A stretch of 63,676 bases of DNA, filler included, from 10 parts of 10 records of this genome joined end to end with filler, not necessarily neighbours in it, one strand, 5' to 3'. Positions 10,103 to 21,778 are shown, numbered from the whole stretch's first letter. Notes: generated by a model not told the origin, from the letters alone. Numbers and translations are program-made.

Positions 10103-13100
10103 ATGAAGGCCGACGGCCAGCCGCCGCCCGGGATGGGGTCGGCGGTGATCGATCTCGACCCGCCCACGCCGGCCCAGGCACCGGAGCCGGAGCCCGAGCC
10201 GGAGGAGGGCTGGCTGGAGCATCTGCTGCTGCTCCGGATGTTCCGGCTGCTCTGGGCCGGCTGGACCGACCCGCTCCGGCCGGACCAGATACCCCGGCTG
10301 GCGGGCAGCTTCGAGGCTCGGCGGTTGGCCGAGCGGGTGCAGGCGGCCCTCCAGCCGGGCGAGCCGGTGGTGCTGTGCCGGCTGCTGTGGGCGATGCATA
10401 AGCCAGAGTTGCTGGCCGGCGTGACCGTCTCGGTACTCGCAGCGGCGGTCACTTGCGTGGGGCGGCCGCTGGTGCTCAGGGAGCTGATCGAGGCGGTGAT
10501 CCGCCCGGATCGATACTCGGAGGGGATGGTGGTGCTGCTGGTGCTGCTGTTTGGGCTGGTCGTGTTGGCCGAGTCGCTGCTGATTACCAACGCGATGCAC
10601 ATCCTCTCGAGCATTATGATGCATAAGTGGGTCAGTTGGAGCTCGGGGCTGCTGATCCGCAAGGCCTGCGCGCTCCGCGGCAACGCGGCCGCCTCTGAGA
10701 GCGCGCTGCTCGGGAACGACGTGGTACGCTGCCTCGAGAATAGCAAGCTCGGCTCGATGGCCGTGTTCGCCGGCTCAGGGATGGTGATGGGCTGCGCCGT
10801 GCTGCTCTATCTGCTCGGGTACGCCGCGTTGGTCGGGCTTGCGGTGCTGGGGCTGCTGCTGCTCACCCAGACGCTAATGACTCGCAGTACGAAGCGGGCT
10901 GAGCAGCGTAGTCTGCAGCGGGCCGATGTGCGGCTCGGGCTGCTGCATCAGGTGATTGGGGCGATCAAGCCGGTCAAGTTCCTGTCGTTCGAGCCGGACT
11001 ACAACCAGCAGCTCCAGCAGGCGCGGCAGGTCGAGACGGAGGCCATACAGAGGTTCAGGATGTGGCAGATGGTGATGATCACTCTAGGCAGGGCGGCTCC
11101 GGTGCTCGGGGCTTGCGCTTCTTTCGTCTACCAGGGTTACTCTGGCGGGTCGATGGACGCGGCCACCGTGTTCGCAGCTCTGGCCGCCTTCCAGTCGATG
11201 CGGATGCCTTTGATTCTGGCCCCGATGTGCATGGTGATCCTCGGGAATATAAAGATCTCATTTGGCCGGATTGAGCACTACCTCAACCAGCCAATCAAGC
11301 CGGCCCTCCCGCCCCCGGCCGGGGCTGCAGCCGTGTCCGTTGAGCAGGCCGAGTTCCGCTGGCCGGCCCGAGCCGAAGAGGAGGAGGACAAGTTTGTGCT
11401 GAGAGGCAGCATGGCAGCCGCGCCCGGCCAGCTGGTGGCGGTGGTGGGCAGCGTCGGGGCGGGCAAGAGCTCGCTGCTGGCGGCGCTCACAGGCGAGTTG
11501 GACATGCTGGGGGGGCAGCTGCGGCGCGGGGGCAGCGTGGGACTCGTGCCGCAGCGGGCGTTCGTGATCAGTGGGACTGTGGAGGAGAACATCCGGATGG
11601 GCCGGGATGCCCCCGCAGGCAGGATGGCAGCTGCAATCGAATCGAGCGGGCTGGGGAGGGACGTCGGGATGTTCCCTGACGGGCTGCAGACCGAGATCGG
11701 AGAACGGGGGACCACTCTGTCGGGGGGGCAGCAGCAACGGCTCGGGCTGGCGAGGGCACTGTTCGGCCAGCCGGACTTACTCCTGCTCGACGACCCACTC
11801 AGCGCGGTGGACGCACTCACTGCGCAGCATATAATGGAGAAGGCGCTGGTGCCGCACGCGCGGGCCGGCCGGGCGTGCCTGGTGGTGCTTAACCAGAAGC
11901 ACTTGCTGCCGCAGTTTGACGCTGTCGTGCGGGTGGAAGACGGTCAGTTTGGCCAGCACCAGACAGCTAAGCTCGAACCGGAGATAACAGACTCGCCTAA
12001 CCTCTCCAAGGTGGAGGCCCTGGAGGAGCCAGTGCCGGGCAGAAGAAGCACCGTGCTGGTGGAGGAAGAGGAGCGGAACGCGGGGAAGCACATCTTCGAG
12101 ACGTTGCTCAAGTACTGGGGCGCGATGGGCAGCTGCGGGGTGGTCTTGTTGTTTGTTGTGTGCACTATCACCTACGCCGAGTATGCCGCCACCGACCTGT
12201 GGCTGGCCGCATGGGTAAACGCTGATGAAGACAACGACTTGTCTGACAGTGAGAACGAGCGGTACATGCTCGGGTATACCGGGCTGTGCCTAGGCCAGCT
12301 GGTCTTGACAATGATCACCAGCGGGATCAACGCCTACCTGTGTGTCAGCGCAGCCAGGAGCCTGCACAACCGCTGCCTTGAGCATGTGCTGAGAGCCCCG
12401 ATGCCCTGGTTCGAGAGCACGCCGTCAGGTAGGATTTTGAGCCGTTTCTCTGGGGACATCTCGATGGTGGACACCGCGTTGCTGCTCTACTATGACGACA
12501 CGATCCAGATGAGCTTCATACTGCTGGTGCTGGTCGGGATTATGGTTTATGTGGTGCCGGAGCTCTCTGCCATCATCGCTGTTGGGTTCTTCGTGTTTGG
12601 GCTGGCATTCGTGGCCACAGACCGCGCGCTCCGCGAGGTCAAGCGGGCGATGAACAACTCGCTCTCGCCAATGCTCTCGCTGGTGTCGGAGGCCAGCCAC
12701 GGCCGCGTGCTGGTCCAGGCTCTCGGGGTGGAGCAATACGTAAACGACAGGTTCGCAAACGCGGTGGACGAGTTCTGCCGGTTCAGCTACAGCGCGCATC
12801 GAATCCAAAACTCGTGCAGGGTGGTCTCGGCGTTTGTCTCGTTTGTCATCTCACTAGCCGCTGCCTTTTTTGTCATGCTTCAGAGGAGGAATTACGAGCC
12901 ATCCAAAGCAGCCCTGGCCATGTCCTATGCGTTTCTGATGCCGTACTTTCTGTCTATTGTGGCCTACACGACCTCGGCTTCCTTCACCTGCCTTACTAGT
13001 CTCGAGCGCTTACTGCAGCTGCAGGCTATCCCTCAGGAGCCGGCTCATCTGCTCGATAGTGACGAGCCAAGCTGGCCTCGGACTGGGGCCATCGTATTCG

Positions 13101-13850
13101 ACCAGGTAGAGCTGCGGTATCGGCCAGACTTGCCGCTCGCCATCAAGGGCATCACCTTTAGCATACAATCGGGCGAGAAGGTGGCCTTGCAGGCTTGCTT
13201 GAATCACCGCGCGGCAGGTTGGCGTCGTGGGGAGCTCCGGCGCCGGCAAGAGCTCGCTGCTGGCGCTGCTGTTTCGGATTAACGAGAGATCTGGGGGGAT
13301 GATCAAGCTCGACGGTGTGGACATTGCCACGGTGGGCCTGCAGAAGCTGCGGCGCTCGATGTGTGTGATCCCGCAAGAGCCACTGCGGCTGAAGGGCTCA
13401 ATCAAGCACAACCTGGACCCCTTCGGGCGGCACCCGGAGGCTGTGCTGGCGCAGGTGCTGGGCAAGGTCGGGCTCGAGCGGACCGGGCTGGGGGAGGATA
13501 TGTCTGTGCTCAGCACGGGCGAGGGCCAGCTGCTCAGCCTGGCGCGCGTGCTGCTCCACCGCGAGGACGCCAAGCTAATTGTGATGGACGAGGCGACCGC
13601 AAGCATTGATTCCGAGTCGGACGCCCGCATACAGAAAGTGCTCCGGCAATGTTTTGTCGAGCAGACCTTTGTCACGATCGCGCACAGATTGCAGACCGTG
13701 ATCGACCACAAGATCCTGGTAATGGATGCGGGTAAACTGGTCGAGTTTGGGTCTGCGACGGAGCTCTGTGCCATACAGGACGGCTACTTTAGTCAGATGG
13801 TGCAGAGCATGGGCGGGATCGAGAAGGTCAAGTCCACGCTAAATGCCTAG
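10103..13850 (+). CDS. ABCC: ABC transporter subfamily C (MRP-like), TMD-NBD-TMD-NBD, one 37-nt intron
   Basis: Walker A GSVGAGKSS, signature LSGGQQQR, LLLLDDPLSAVD. NBD2 VGVVGSSGAGKSS is restored by removing GT..AG intron 13181-13217; IVMDEATA and TIAHRL follow. Confidence 0.93.
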
Positions 13851-13904
13851 GCGAGCCTCGACTAACTCACGATTAATTGCGGACAAGCCGCATCGCCTGC
13901 ATCG

Positions 13905-14004
13905 NNNNNNNNNNNNNNNNNNNNNNNNNNNNNNNNNNNNNNNNNNNNTTAATTAATTAANNNNNNNNNNNNNNNNNNNNNNNNNNNNNNNNNNNNNNNN
14001 NNNN
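13905..14004. other. Artificial contig-join linker
   Basis: N44-TTAATTAATTAA-N44. Confidence 0.97.
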
Positions 14005-14053
14005 TTAGATATAAGGTAGATTTGAAATAAAAAAGTTTTATTTCATCAAATGA

Positions 14054-17000
14054 TCAATTGTGTATGAATGGCTTCGTCTCGATCTTGGCATTCTCTCGAT
14101 ATTTACTTATGTCATCAAAGCGCTTGCCCACTAGCACTTTCTGTTGTTCGTGGTTTTGCGCTACCTTCTCCCGAACAGCGTGTAGAGCTTTCACCGCATC
14201 AGCGGCTGCAGCATCCACCTTCTGTTTCAACTCGCTCACAGTCTTTTGGTGCGCGCTCTGCACAAGTTTGGCCTTTGTTGCAGCGCTGTCGGCCTTTTCG
14301 GCAGCTTTCTTGGCTTTCAAAGTCGCCTTGTCAACGGCCTTCTGCGCAGCTTCAACAGTTTTGTCGCGATCCGATTCAGCTGCCTTCACCTCCTTTGAGG
14401 TGTCCATGGCCACCTTTTTGACTATCTGGCCTGCCTCCTTCTCCTGCTGCTCCTCCTTCTTGAGCGCCGCTGCCTCCACAGCTTTGGTATGCTGCTCAAT
14501 GCGGGCTTCCTTAGCCTTCAACGATGCCTCGATCTGACGTTCTTGCTTTTTCTCTACCATCTCTGCGTTCCTAATGGCAACCCGCTCCTTTGCCTCGGCC
14601 TGAGTGTCGGTTGTCTTCTCTGTCGCCTGTGCCTGCTCCACAGCTGCATTCGCCTTTTGGACTGCTTGCTGGCCCTCTTTGGACGCTTTCCTCTCCATCT
14701 GTTTGAGTATCACCTTTGCCTCGGCATCTGCATGCTTCTGAGCTGCCTTCGCCTTGACTCTGACTTGTTCCTGTGTCTGCTGAATGTGCTTCATTGCCTC
14801 CGCCTCCTTCTGCGCCAGGACCTTAACAGCAGCCCGCTGTTTCGTTTCAGCCTTTGTCGCCTCTGCCTGCACTTCCTGCAGCATCTTCTCATCCGCCAGT
14901 CCCCTGTCGAGCGCTGCCTGATTCTTGTCCTCGTCTAATCTATCTGCCAGAGCCTTGGCTGCCTGAGCCTTCTGCTGGGCCAATTGAGCTCGATCCTTCG
15001 CAACTACCCTCATGTACTCAATTGAAGCCGCCTGGCTCGCAGCACGGGCAGCCTTTTGGGCTTTTTGACTCTCCTGCTGAGCTTGCTCGATGGCTGCGTC
15101 CTTCTGCTCCGTGGCTTGCTGCTCTTGCTGCTCAGCCTTCAGATCAGCCTCCTTGACTGTCGACTTCAGATCTTCTTCAGCCTTTATCTTTGCCTGCATT
15201 TCCTGCTTGCCTGCCTCCTCCCGCTCCTGGAGCGCCTTGTTCTTTGCATCGATCTGGCTTTGACCCGCATTCATGACCTTCTCTTCAACCTCGAGCTTCT
15301 CGACCTTAGCTTGCTCTGCTTCGGTCTTATCGACCTCGGCTGCGTCTACAGCCACCTTCTCGACACGCTTCACCTGTTGGAGCTTGGTCTTGGCTGCTGT
15401 ATCCTGCTGGATGGCCTTTTGCTGAAGAGCAAATAGCTGAGCCTTCAATTGACGAACCTTCGCTGCGGAATCATGCACATTCTTCATGGCAAGCCCGAGC
15501 CTATTGTGCCCCTGTGCGACCCCACTGAATTCTGCAGCCCATGGCACATCTTTCGCGACCCCTGTGGATGGTGTAATTGGTGTCGAAAGCGATGCGACCA
15601 GCTTTGCAGCGCTCATCTCGGATCTGGACACATCAAGCCTGGCCTCGACGTTAATTTCTCTGACGTTCTTGGCCGCTCCCTCAGCTACCTGCTCTGCCAC
15701 AGCTTTTTCCTGTTCAGCTGCCTTCTTGGCTGCCTTAAGCGCGCTGGCCTTCTCTATAATCGCTTGCTGCGCGGCTTGCTCCTCTGCTGCCTTCTTAGTA
15801 GCGGCATTCTCAGCATCCTGTGTCTTTGCGTCCACCATCTTTGCAACTTGCTCGGCCTCTTTGGCCTGCTTCTGTGCCAGGCCTATCCTGGCTTCAGCCG
15901 CCTGCTTCATCTGCACGGCTGCTTGCTGGGTGCTGGCGACCTTTTCTTCTTGCAGCTTAGCCTCCTCCTGGGCTACGGCTACGGCATCCCCTAGTCGAGC
16001 CGCAGCCTGCTTCGACGCCGTGGCCTGTTGTTTTACCTCCCTGGCCGAAGTCTCAGCATCCAAAATCTTCTTACGCGAGTCTGCTGCTGCGCTTTGTTCG
16101 GCCTTCTGCGCTTCTGCTGCTTGCTGCTTCAGTGCATTGGCCTGCTCGGCTGCCTTGGCTGCGTCAGCTGCTGCCTTCTTTTCTTGGGCTTTCTTTTCAT
16201 CAATAACACGCTGCGCTTTAGCAGCCTTGTCAGCGATCTCTTTTGCAGCAGTCGCTTCCTGGACAGCCTTATTCTTGGCCAGATCAGCCTTCCTCTGTGC
16301 CACCTGTACATCTTGATGCGAAATCTCCTCCAGCTGTTTGACTTGCTGGCTGGCATCCTCTTCATCCAACTTGGCTAATTCCACGTCTCCCTCCATGCCA
16401 TCAGCTTTGCTCTGAGCAGTTGCAGCCTCCTTCTCCACAGCCTTGGCCTGAGCCTTGGCGTTCTTGACCTGGATCTGGCTGTCGACAGCTGCCTTCTGAG
16501 TAGCTTGCTTTGCATCAACTACAAGTTTCTTCATTTCCTGCACCTTTGCTGCTTCAGTAGCTGCAGCAGCAACCGCTGCCTTCTCCTCGTCTGCCTTCTT
16601 GGCTGCGCTACTCGTTGCTTCGGCAGCCTTTGCCGTCACCTGTTCGACCTGCTTTTTGCGTTCGGCAGCTATGTTCTCAGCTTTAGCCACCATAGTCTTG
16701 GCCAGCTGTTCTGTCTTTGCTGCAGCCTGCTGCGCCGCTACGGCATGCTTCTCGTCGTTTTTGGCTTTTTGAGCTGCCAGTTTGACATCATTTTGCAGTC
16801 GCTCTGCATCTAACTTCACCTTATTGGCTTGAAGTTCGGCAGCATTAGCTTTTGTCTCAGCATCTTTCACATTCAAACTGCTCTCCACATCGGTTTGTTG
16901 CGCAGCTTGCTTTGTTTTAGCTACTTCCTTCTCGGCGGCTTTGGCCTTCTCTGCCTCCTCAGCAGCAGCCGCAGCTGCAACTTGCTCCTGCTGTTGCTTC

Positions 17001-20000
17001 TCTTCAGCAGTGCGTTTCGCTTTGGCGGCTTTTGTAGCTTCCAGTGCTGCCAGCTTCTCATCTTGCTGGAATTTAGCCAATGGCACTGCTGCTTTCTTCA
17101 CAAGCCGCTCCTCATTTGTAAACCTCTGTTCAGCGGTCTTGACCTCAGTCGCTTCATGTGCTGCTTTGCTTTTGGCTTGGACTGTTTTGCTATGCAGACT
17201 CTGCACAGCATTCTTGGCTGCCGCTGCGCTGTCCTCTGCAGCCTTGGCCTGGGCCGTGACCTGATCGATCTTTGCTTTGCCTTGAGCAGCCGTTTGCACT
17301 TCAGCCTGTTTTGCTTGTGCGACTTTCTGCTCCTCAGCCTTTGCCATGTTTGCCTCTTCCGTTGCGAGGCTCTGCGCTTTTTTCAGCTCTTCAACCTTGG
17401 CCTTTGCTTGCTTTTCAGCCTCTGCAGCCTTGATTGCAGCCTTCTCAGCATGCTCTTTCGCTACACCAGTTTTCCTTTTAACATCTGCTGCCTTTACCTT
17501 GGCGATCTGCTCTTCCCTTTTTGCATTCAGCTGTGCAGATGCAGCTTGTTTCTTCTGCTGTTGAACTCGCTGGGTTGCTTGTGCCGCCTCCCTCTGCACC
17601 CGCTCTGCCTCTTTGAGGGCTTTTGCCTTCTCTTTCACAGCTACCTCAGACTTAGCTGTAGCTTCCTGCACCTTCTGCTTTTGCTCAGCCGCTGCATTCT
17701 GCTCTGCCTTTTTGGCTGCTGCAACTGCCCCCTGGAGTGCCTTCGCCTTCTCAGACTTCTCAGCAGCTGCTGCAGCAACCTTTTTTTGCTCCTGAGCCTT
17801 TGCTGCGGCCTGTGCGTCCGCAGCGTTGGCCGCTTCCTTGGCCTTAATCGCTTTGGAAACCGCTTGCTCAGCCTGTCGTTTCGCCAGTGCAGTCGGCGCA
17901 CTTTCCGCACCTGACTGAGCCTTCTTTGCATTAGTCTCCTCGCGTGCTGCATCGCTGTTGGCCTTGCTTGCCTTGGCAGTCTCTAGCGCCACCTCTTTCT
18001 GCACCTGCTCTGCCTTTCTGAGAGCGTTTGTATGCTGTTGCTTAGCCGCCAGGTACTCGGTCTTCTTGTCACTCACCTGCTTAGCCAGCTTGCGCACTGC
18101 ATCTTGCTCCGCTTTGCTCGCCTCGCCTTGCTCCTTCTTCAGTGCCTGAGCCCTGTCAGCTGCTTGACCTGCAAGCGACACAGCTGACTTTTGCTCCTTG
18201 GCCTTTGATTGTGCTTGCTTTTCGGCATTGGTAACCCCCTGTGAAAACTCCTTGGCCTGTTTTTCAGCTTGCTCGGCTTTACCTCTGGCTTGGTCAGCCA
18301 CCTTTTGAGCTGCCGCGCTCTCCCGGCCAACCCTATCCTCAATGCTTTGTGCTAGTTGCTTTGCCTCTTTAGCCTGCTGGCCTGCGAGCTTTGCTTGGGT
18401 CTCAATATGTCCGACCTGTTGCTGTGCTCTAGTCGCCTTTTGCGACGCAGATTTGGCTTGTGACTCTGTTCGTTGTACAAATCTCTTGCTATCTGCAGTT
18501 TCTTTCATAACGTCAAGCCGGGCCTGGGCCACTTGTTTCTTCTGTTCAACTGCGGCCGATGCCTGCTCAGCTGCTGCGGATGCTGCCTTTTCTTCTTGTG
18601 CCTTGACGCCTTGAGCAACTTTCTTGGCATCTGCTGCTTTTTGTTTGATTTGCTCCACATTCTCCTTGTCTTTGGTTAACTTGGCCTCCGGTTCGAGTGC
18701 CTTCTGGGCCAGCTTCTGCTGATGCTCAGCCTTGGACTCGGCCAGTTTGGCTCGGACTGCCTCACGGCTCACATCAGTCTCGGCATGACTGGCTGCAGTC
18801 TTGGCGTGATCCAGCGTCTGCTTAGCTGTTGCAGCCTCGTGCTCCGCTGTCCTGGCATCGGCCTCTGCCTTCAGCACGCTGGCCTGGCTTTTGCTGGCCG
18901 CATCCCTGGCCTCCTTTTGCACTACTCGAAGCTGCTCTTGAATTTTCACGGCTGCCTTAGCCTCCTCGGAAGCCCGCTTTGCAGCAGCCTCCTGATCCTT
19001 GACCTTGACAGCAGCCAAGTCCTTTGCATCGGCGGCAACCTTGGCTGCCTGCTCGAGTCTGGTGGCCGCCTGACTGACTATGCTGTCCGCCTTCACAGTC
19101 TGCACCTTGACCACATTTGCCTGCCTTTCGAGAGCTTGCTGAGCGACTTGCAACTGCCGCTCCTCATTGCCCACTTGCAGCTTGGCCTTGATCACCTCGG
19201 TCTTGAGCTTCTGAGCAGTCTGGTTGGCCGCCAGAGCGGCCTGCTGAGCACTCACAGCCTGCCCACTGGCAGCCTTCACTCTGAGCTCACCATCAGCTAC
19301 AGCCTTGTCGCCGGCCTTCTGAGCCTCTTCAGCTTCCAGCTCCAAGGCCTTTGCATTGGCCCTGTTCTGCTCTGCGAGCTTGGCAGCACCAGTCTGCTCG
19401 TCCTCCTTGGTTTTGGCTAGCTTATCAGCTTCAGCTGCCTTGGCAGAGACCTGCTCTATTTGCTGGGCTGCGGTGCTGGCCACATGCTTTGCGCTGGCAG
19501 CTTGGGCCTGGGCCTCATTCCTGGCCTGCTCTGCCACCGCCTGCTCCTGCTTGGCTCGGCCAGCTGCGCTGTGCACTTCTGCAGCCTCGAGGGCAATCGC
19601 AGACTTGAGTGTCTCGACCTTGTGTCCAGCGGCTGAAGCAAGAAGCACCGCCTGGCGAGCATTGCCGGCGGCCTTAGTTGCGCCCTTCTGGCTCTCAGAT
19701 ACTAAGGCGAGTTCCTGGCTCCTGACCTTGGAGACATTTCCGGTGGCCGCAGCCGCCTGCTCGGCCAGCTGTGAGGCCGCGCTCTGAGCTGACTGCTCCT
19801 CCTTCTGCCGGGCCTGCACCTGCTTCTCGGCAAGAGCTGCCTGCTCCGAAGCCTGCGCGGCCTTCTTGGCCAGTTGGTCTGCCATGGCCGACGCAGCTTC
19901 GGATGTCTCGCGAGCGTTTGCGTCCTCTCTCTCAACTGCCTGGTGCGCTGCGGCCGTCTGCGCCTTCTGGTACTCGACCGTGCGCACAGCCTGCCCCAGC

Positions 20001-21778
20001 TCGGCCGCGACCGACTTTGCGGTCTGGCGGGCCAAGTTAGCTTGCTTGAGCGCTAGTCGAGCAGCCTGCGCAGTCTGGGCTGCCTTGTCTCTTGCCTCGA
20101 GTGCCTGGTCCAGCTGGGCCTTGGCCTTGCTGTAACGGGCCTCGGCCGCCACCGCCGCCTTGGCTGGGTTGACCACCTTGCCGGCGGCCGCACTCACTTT
20201 GGTGCGCGCCTCGTTTGCTTTGGTCCTGCTGCTGCGTGCCGCGGCCTCATCTCGGTTGGCCTTCATCTGCTCCTGATTCAGCTGCTGCTCGACCTTGAGC
20301 GCGGTCTGCCGGAGCGCGGCTGCCTCCTTGTGCGCCTGGGCGGCTTGCTGCTTGACCAGCTTCAGTCTGTCCTGGGCCTGCTGGGCAAGCTTCTCCCTCT
20401 CCGCCTTCAAGGCAGCCGAGTCCGTCTCCTGCTGCTTGGCCTCGCCCATCTTCCGCTGCCACTCGGCCGTCTCAGCCTGCGCGTGCTCGACCTTCTGCTT
20501 GAGCTTGCCGCTCGCCTCGTCTGCTCGCTGCGCCGCATCCTTGGCCCGGAGCTCGTGCGCTTGTTGCTCAGATACTCGCCGGGTGCTGGCTTGGTATTCC
20601 TTCTGAGCGGCTTTGGCGTCCCTCTCAAGGTGAGGGCCCGCAGCATCCTCGGCTTGCTTGGCCTCGGCCTTGGCTTGAGTCAGTGCGGCGCCGCTGTTGG
20701 TGATGTCCAGATCCCTAGCTACGATTTGCTTCTTCAGGTTGGTTTTGAGCAGCTTGACCCGGTTCCGCTTCTTGCGCAGCTTGATGTAGGTGCCCCAATA
20801 TATCTTGCGTTCCAGCTTTGCCAGTTTCCGGAGCAGCATCAGTTTCCGCCTCCGGCACGTCTTATTCCTCCGGCATCTACGGGCCTTGAGTCTCCGCTTG
20901 TTCTTCTTCCTGGCCTTTCGGATCTTCAACACCCGGCGCTTGGCCGCCCTGATCAGCTGCTTCAGCCGCTTCAAGTTCCGCCTCATCCGTCTGATCTTGG
21001 CCTCAAGCTCGGTCTTGGCTTGCTTGCTCGCCGCATCTTCCTCCTCTGCCTCGACCACCCTCCGCTTGGCCTCAATGCTCTCTTGGCCGGCTTTGTGGTA
21101 GGCCGCGTCCGCTAGCCCCATCTCGCTCTTCTCGTCCTGCATCTCGGCCAACGCTTTGCTCACCAAAGCGCTCGCTTTGGCCTCTTCCTTGGCCAGTGCC
21201 TGCACCTCGGCCTCTGCTGCCTGCCAGCTCGTCTCCGACTGATCCTCCTTCTGCTTGGCCGCCGCCTCTTGCCGTTCGGCCGCCGCCGCCGCGGCCGCCG
21301 CCTCCCGATTGCCCGACTCGGCCTCGCTCACCGCCGAGCGGGTATGCATCACTTGGTGGCCCCCCTCCCTCACCCGCTGGCTGGCGCTCGTCGCCTGGCT
21401 GGCTGCCGCCGTGGCCAGCTCGCCGGTGGTACTGAGCTTCTGGCTGGTCTCCTCCACCTTCTCGGCCTCCGCGTTGGCCGTGTTCCGGGCCTGGACAGCC
21501 GCCTGCTCCGCCTTCCCGGCCGTCTCTTCAAGCCGCTGCTGCTCTTGGCTCAAGCTGTACACCGCGGCCTGGGCGCTCTTGGCCTCCGTGTAGAGCTTGT
21601 TCAACCCCATCTTCTGAGCCAGACCGCCCGTCTTCTCGGCCGGCGGGAGCTCGGCCGCTCCGGCGGGCACCGGCTCGCCCTCGCCCAGCAAGGCCAGACT
21701 GCCCGCCGAGCCCCAGGCTGCCTGGGCCGGCGCGGCCGCCGCAGCCAGCAGGCAGATGATCAGGCCGCCGGGACGCAT
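14054..21778 (-). CDS. 2574-aa secreted Ala/Lys/Glu/Gln-rich coiled-coil protein of unknown function
   Basis: Uninterrupted 7.7-kb ORF with a signal-peptide-like start (MRPGGLIICLLAAAAAPAQA). Almost entirely A/K/E/Q helical composition with one K/R-rich block. Confidence 0.8.
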   Translation of the reverse strand: MRPGGLIICLLAAAAAPAQAAWGSAGSLALLGEGEPVPAGAAELPPAEKTGGLAQKMGLNKLYTEAKSAQAAVYSLSQEQQRLEETAGKAEQAAVQARNTANAEAEKVEETSQKLSTTGELATAAASQATSASQRVREGGHQVMHTRSAVSEAESGNREAAAAAAAAERQEAAAKQKEDQSETSWQAAEAEVQALAKEEAKASALVSKALAEMQDEKSEMGLADAAYHKAGQESIEAKRRVVEAEEEDAASKQAKTELEAKIRRMRRNLKRLKQLIRAAKRRVLKIRKARKKNKRRLKARRCRRNKTCRRRKLMLLRKLAKLERKIYWGTYIKLRKKRNRVKLLKTNLKKQIVARDLDITNSGAALTQAKAEAKQAEDAAGPHLERDAKAAQKEYQASTRRVSEQQAHELRAKDAAQRADEASGKLKQKVEHAQAETAEWQRKMGEAKQQETDSAALKAEREKLAQQAQDRLKLVKQQAAQAHKEAAALRQTALKVEQQLNQEQMKANRDEAAARSSRTKANEARTKVSAAAGKVVNPAKAAVAAEARYSKAKAQLDQALEARDKAAQTAQAARLALKQANLARQTAKSVAAELGQAVRTVEYQKAQTAAAHQAVEREDANARETSEAASAMADQLAKKAAQASEQAALAEKQVQARQKEEQSAQSAASQLAEQAAAATGNVSKVRSQELALVSESQKGATKAAGNARQAVLLASAAGHKVETLKSAIALEAAEVHSAAGRAKQEQAVAEQARNEAQAQAASAKHVASTAAQQIEQVSAKAAEADKLAKTKEDEQTGAAKLAEQNRANAKALELEAEEAQKAGDKAVADGELRVKAASGQAVSAQQAALAANQTAQKLKTEVIKAKLQVGNEERQLQVAQQALERQANVVKVQTVKADSIVSQAATRLEQAAKVAADAKDLAAVKVKDQEAAAKRASEEAKAAVKIQEQLRVVQKEARDAASKSQASVLKAEADARTAEHEAATAKQTLDHAKTAASHAETDVSREAVRAKLAESKAEHQQKLAQKALEPEAKLTKDKENVEQIKQKAADAKKVAQGVKAQEEKAASAAAEQASAAVEQKKQVAQARLDVMKETADSKRFVQRTESQAKSASQKATRAQQQVGHIETQAKLAGQQAKEAKQLAQSIEDRVGRESAAAQKVADQARGKAEQAEKQAKEFSQGVTNAEKQAQSKAKEQKSAVSLAGQAADRAQALKKEQGEASKAEQDAVRKLAKQVSDKKTEYLAAKQQHTNALRKAEQVQKEVALETAKASKANSDAAREETNAKKAQSGAESAPTALAKRQAEQAVSKAIKAKEAANAADAQAAAKAQEQKKVAAAAAEKSEKAKALQGAVAAAKKAEQNAAAEQKQKVQEATAKSEVAVKEKAKALKEAERVQREAAQATQRVQQQKKQAASAQLNAKREEQIAKVKAADVKRKTGVAKEHAEKAAIKAAEAEKQAKAKVEELKKAQSLATEEANMAKAEEQKVAQAKQAEVQTAAQGKAKIDQVTAQAKAAEDSAAAAKNAVQSLHSKTVQAKSKAAHEATEVKTAEQRFTNEERLVKKAAVPLAKFQQDEKLAALEATKAAKAKRTAEEKQQQEQVAAAAAAEEAEKAKAAEKEVAKTKQAAQQTDVESSLNVKDAETKANAAELQANKVKLDAERLQNDVKLAAQKAKNDEKHAVAAQQAAAKTEQLAKTMVAKAENIAAERKKQVEQVTAKAAEATSSAAKKADEEKAAVAAAATEAAKVQEMKKLVVDAKQATQKAAVDSQIQVKNAKAQAKAVEKEAATAQSKADGMEGDVELAKLDEEDASQQVKQLEEISHQDVQVAQRKADLAKNKAVQEATAAKEIADKAAKAQRVIDEKKAQEKKAAADAAKAAEQANALKQQAAEAQKAEQSAAADSRKKILDAETSAREVKQQATASKQAAARLGDAVAVAQEEAKLQEEKVASTQQAAVQMKQAAEARIGLAQKQAKEAEQVAKMVDAKTQDAENAATKKAAEEQAAQQAIIEKASALKAAKKAAEQEKAVAEQVAEGAAKNVREINVEARLDVSRSEMSAAKLVASLSTPITPSTGVAKDVPWAAEFSGVAQGHNRLGLAMKNVHDSAAKVRQLKAQLFALQQKAIQQDTAAKTKLQQVKRVEKVAVDAAEVDKTEAEQAKVEKLEVEEKVMNAGQSQIDAKNKALQEREEAGKQEMQAKIKAEEDLKSTVKEADLKAEQQEQQATEQKDAAIEQAQQESQKAQKAARAASQAASIEYMRVVAKDRAQLAQQKAQAAKALADRLDEDKNQAALDRGLADEKMLQEVQAEATKAETKQRAAVKVLAQKEAEAMKHIQQTQEQVRVKAKAAQKHADAEAKVILKQMERKASKEGQQAVQKANAAVEQAQATEKTTDTQAEAKERVAIRNAEMVEKKQERQIEASLKAKEARIEQHTKAVEAAALKKEEQQEKEAGQIVKKVAMDTSKEVKAAESDRDKTVEAAQKAVDKATLKAKKAAEKADSAATKAKLVQSAHQKTVSELKQKVDAAAADAVKALHAVREKVAQNHEQQKVLVGKRFDDISKYRENAKIETKPFIHN

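Noticed and set aside
13158-13282. Apparent frameshift or pseudogene in the ABCC transporter, and similar breaks in many other genes
   Set aside because: Short GT/GC-AG introns explain the breaks, and removing them restores conserved motifs in frame.
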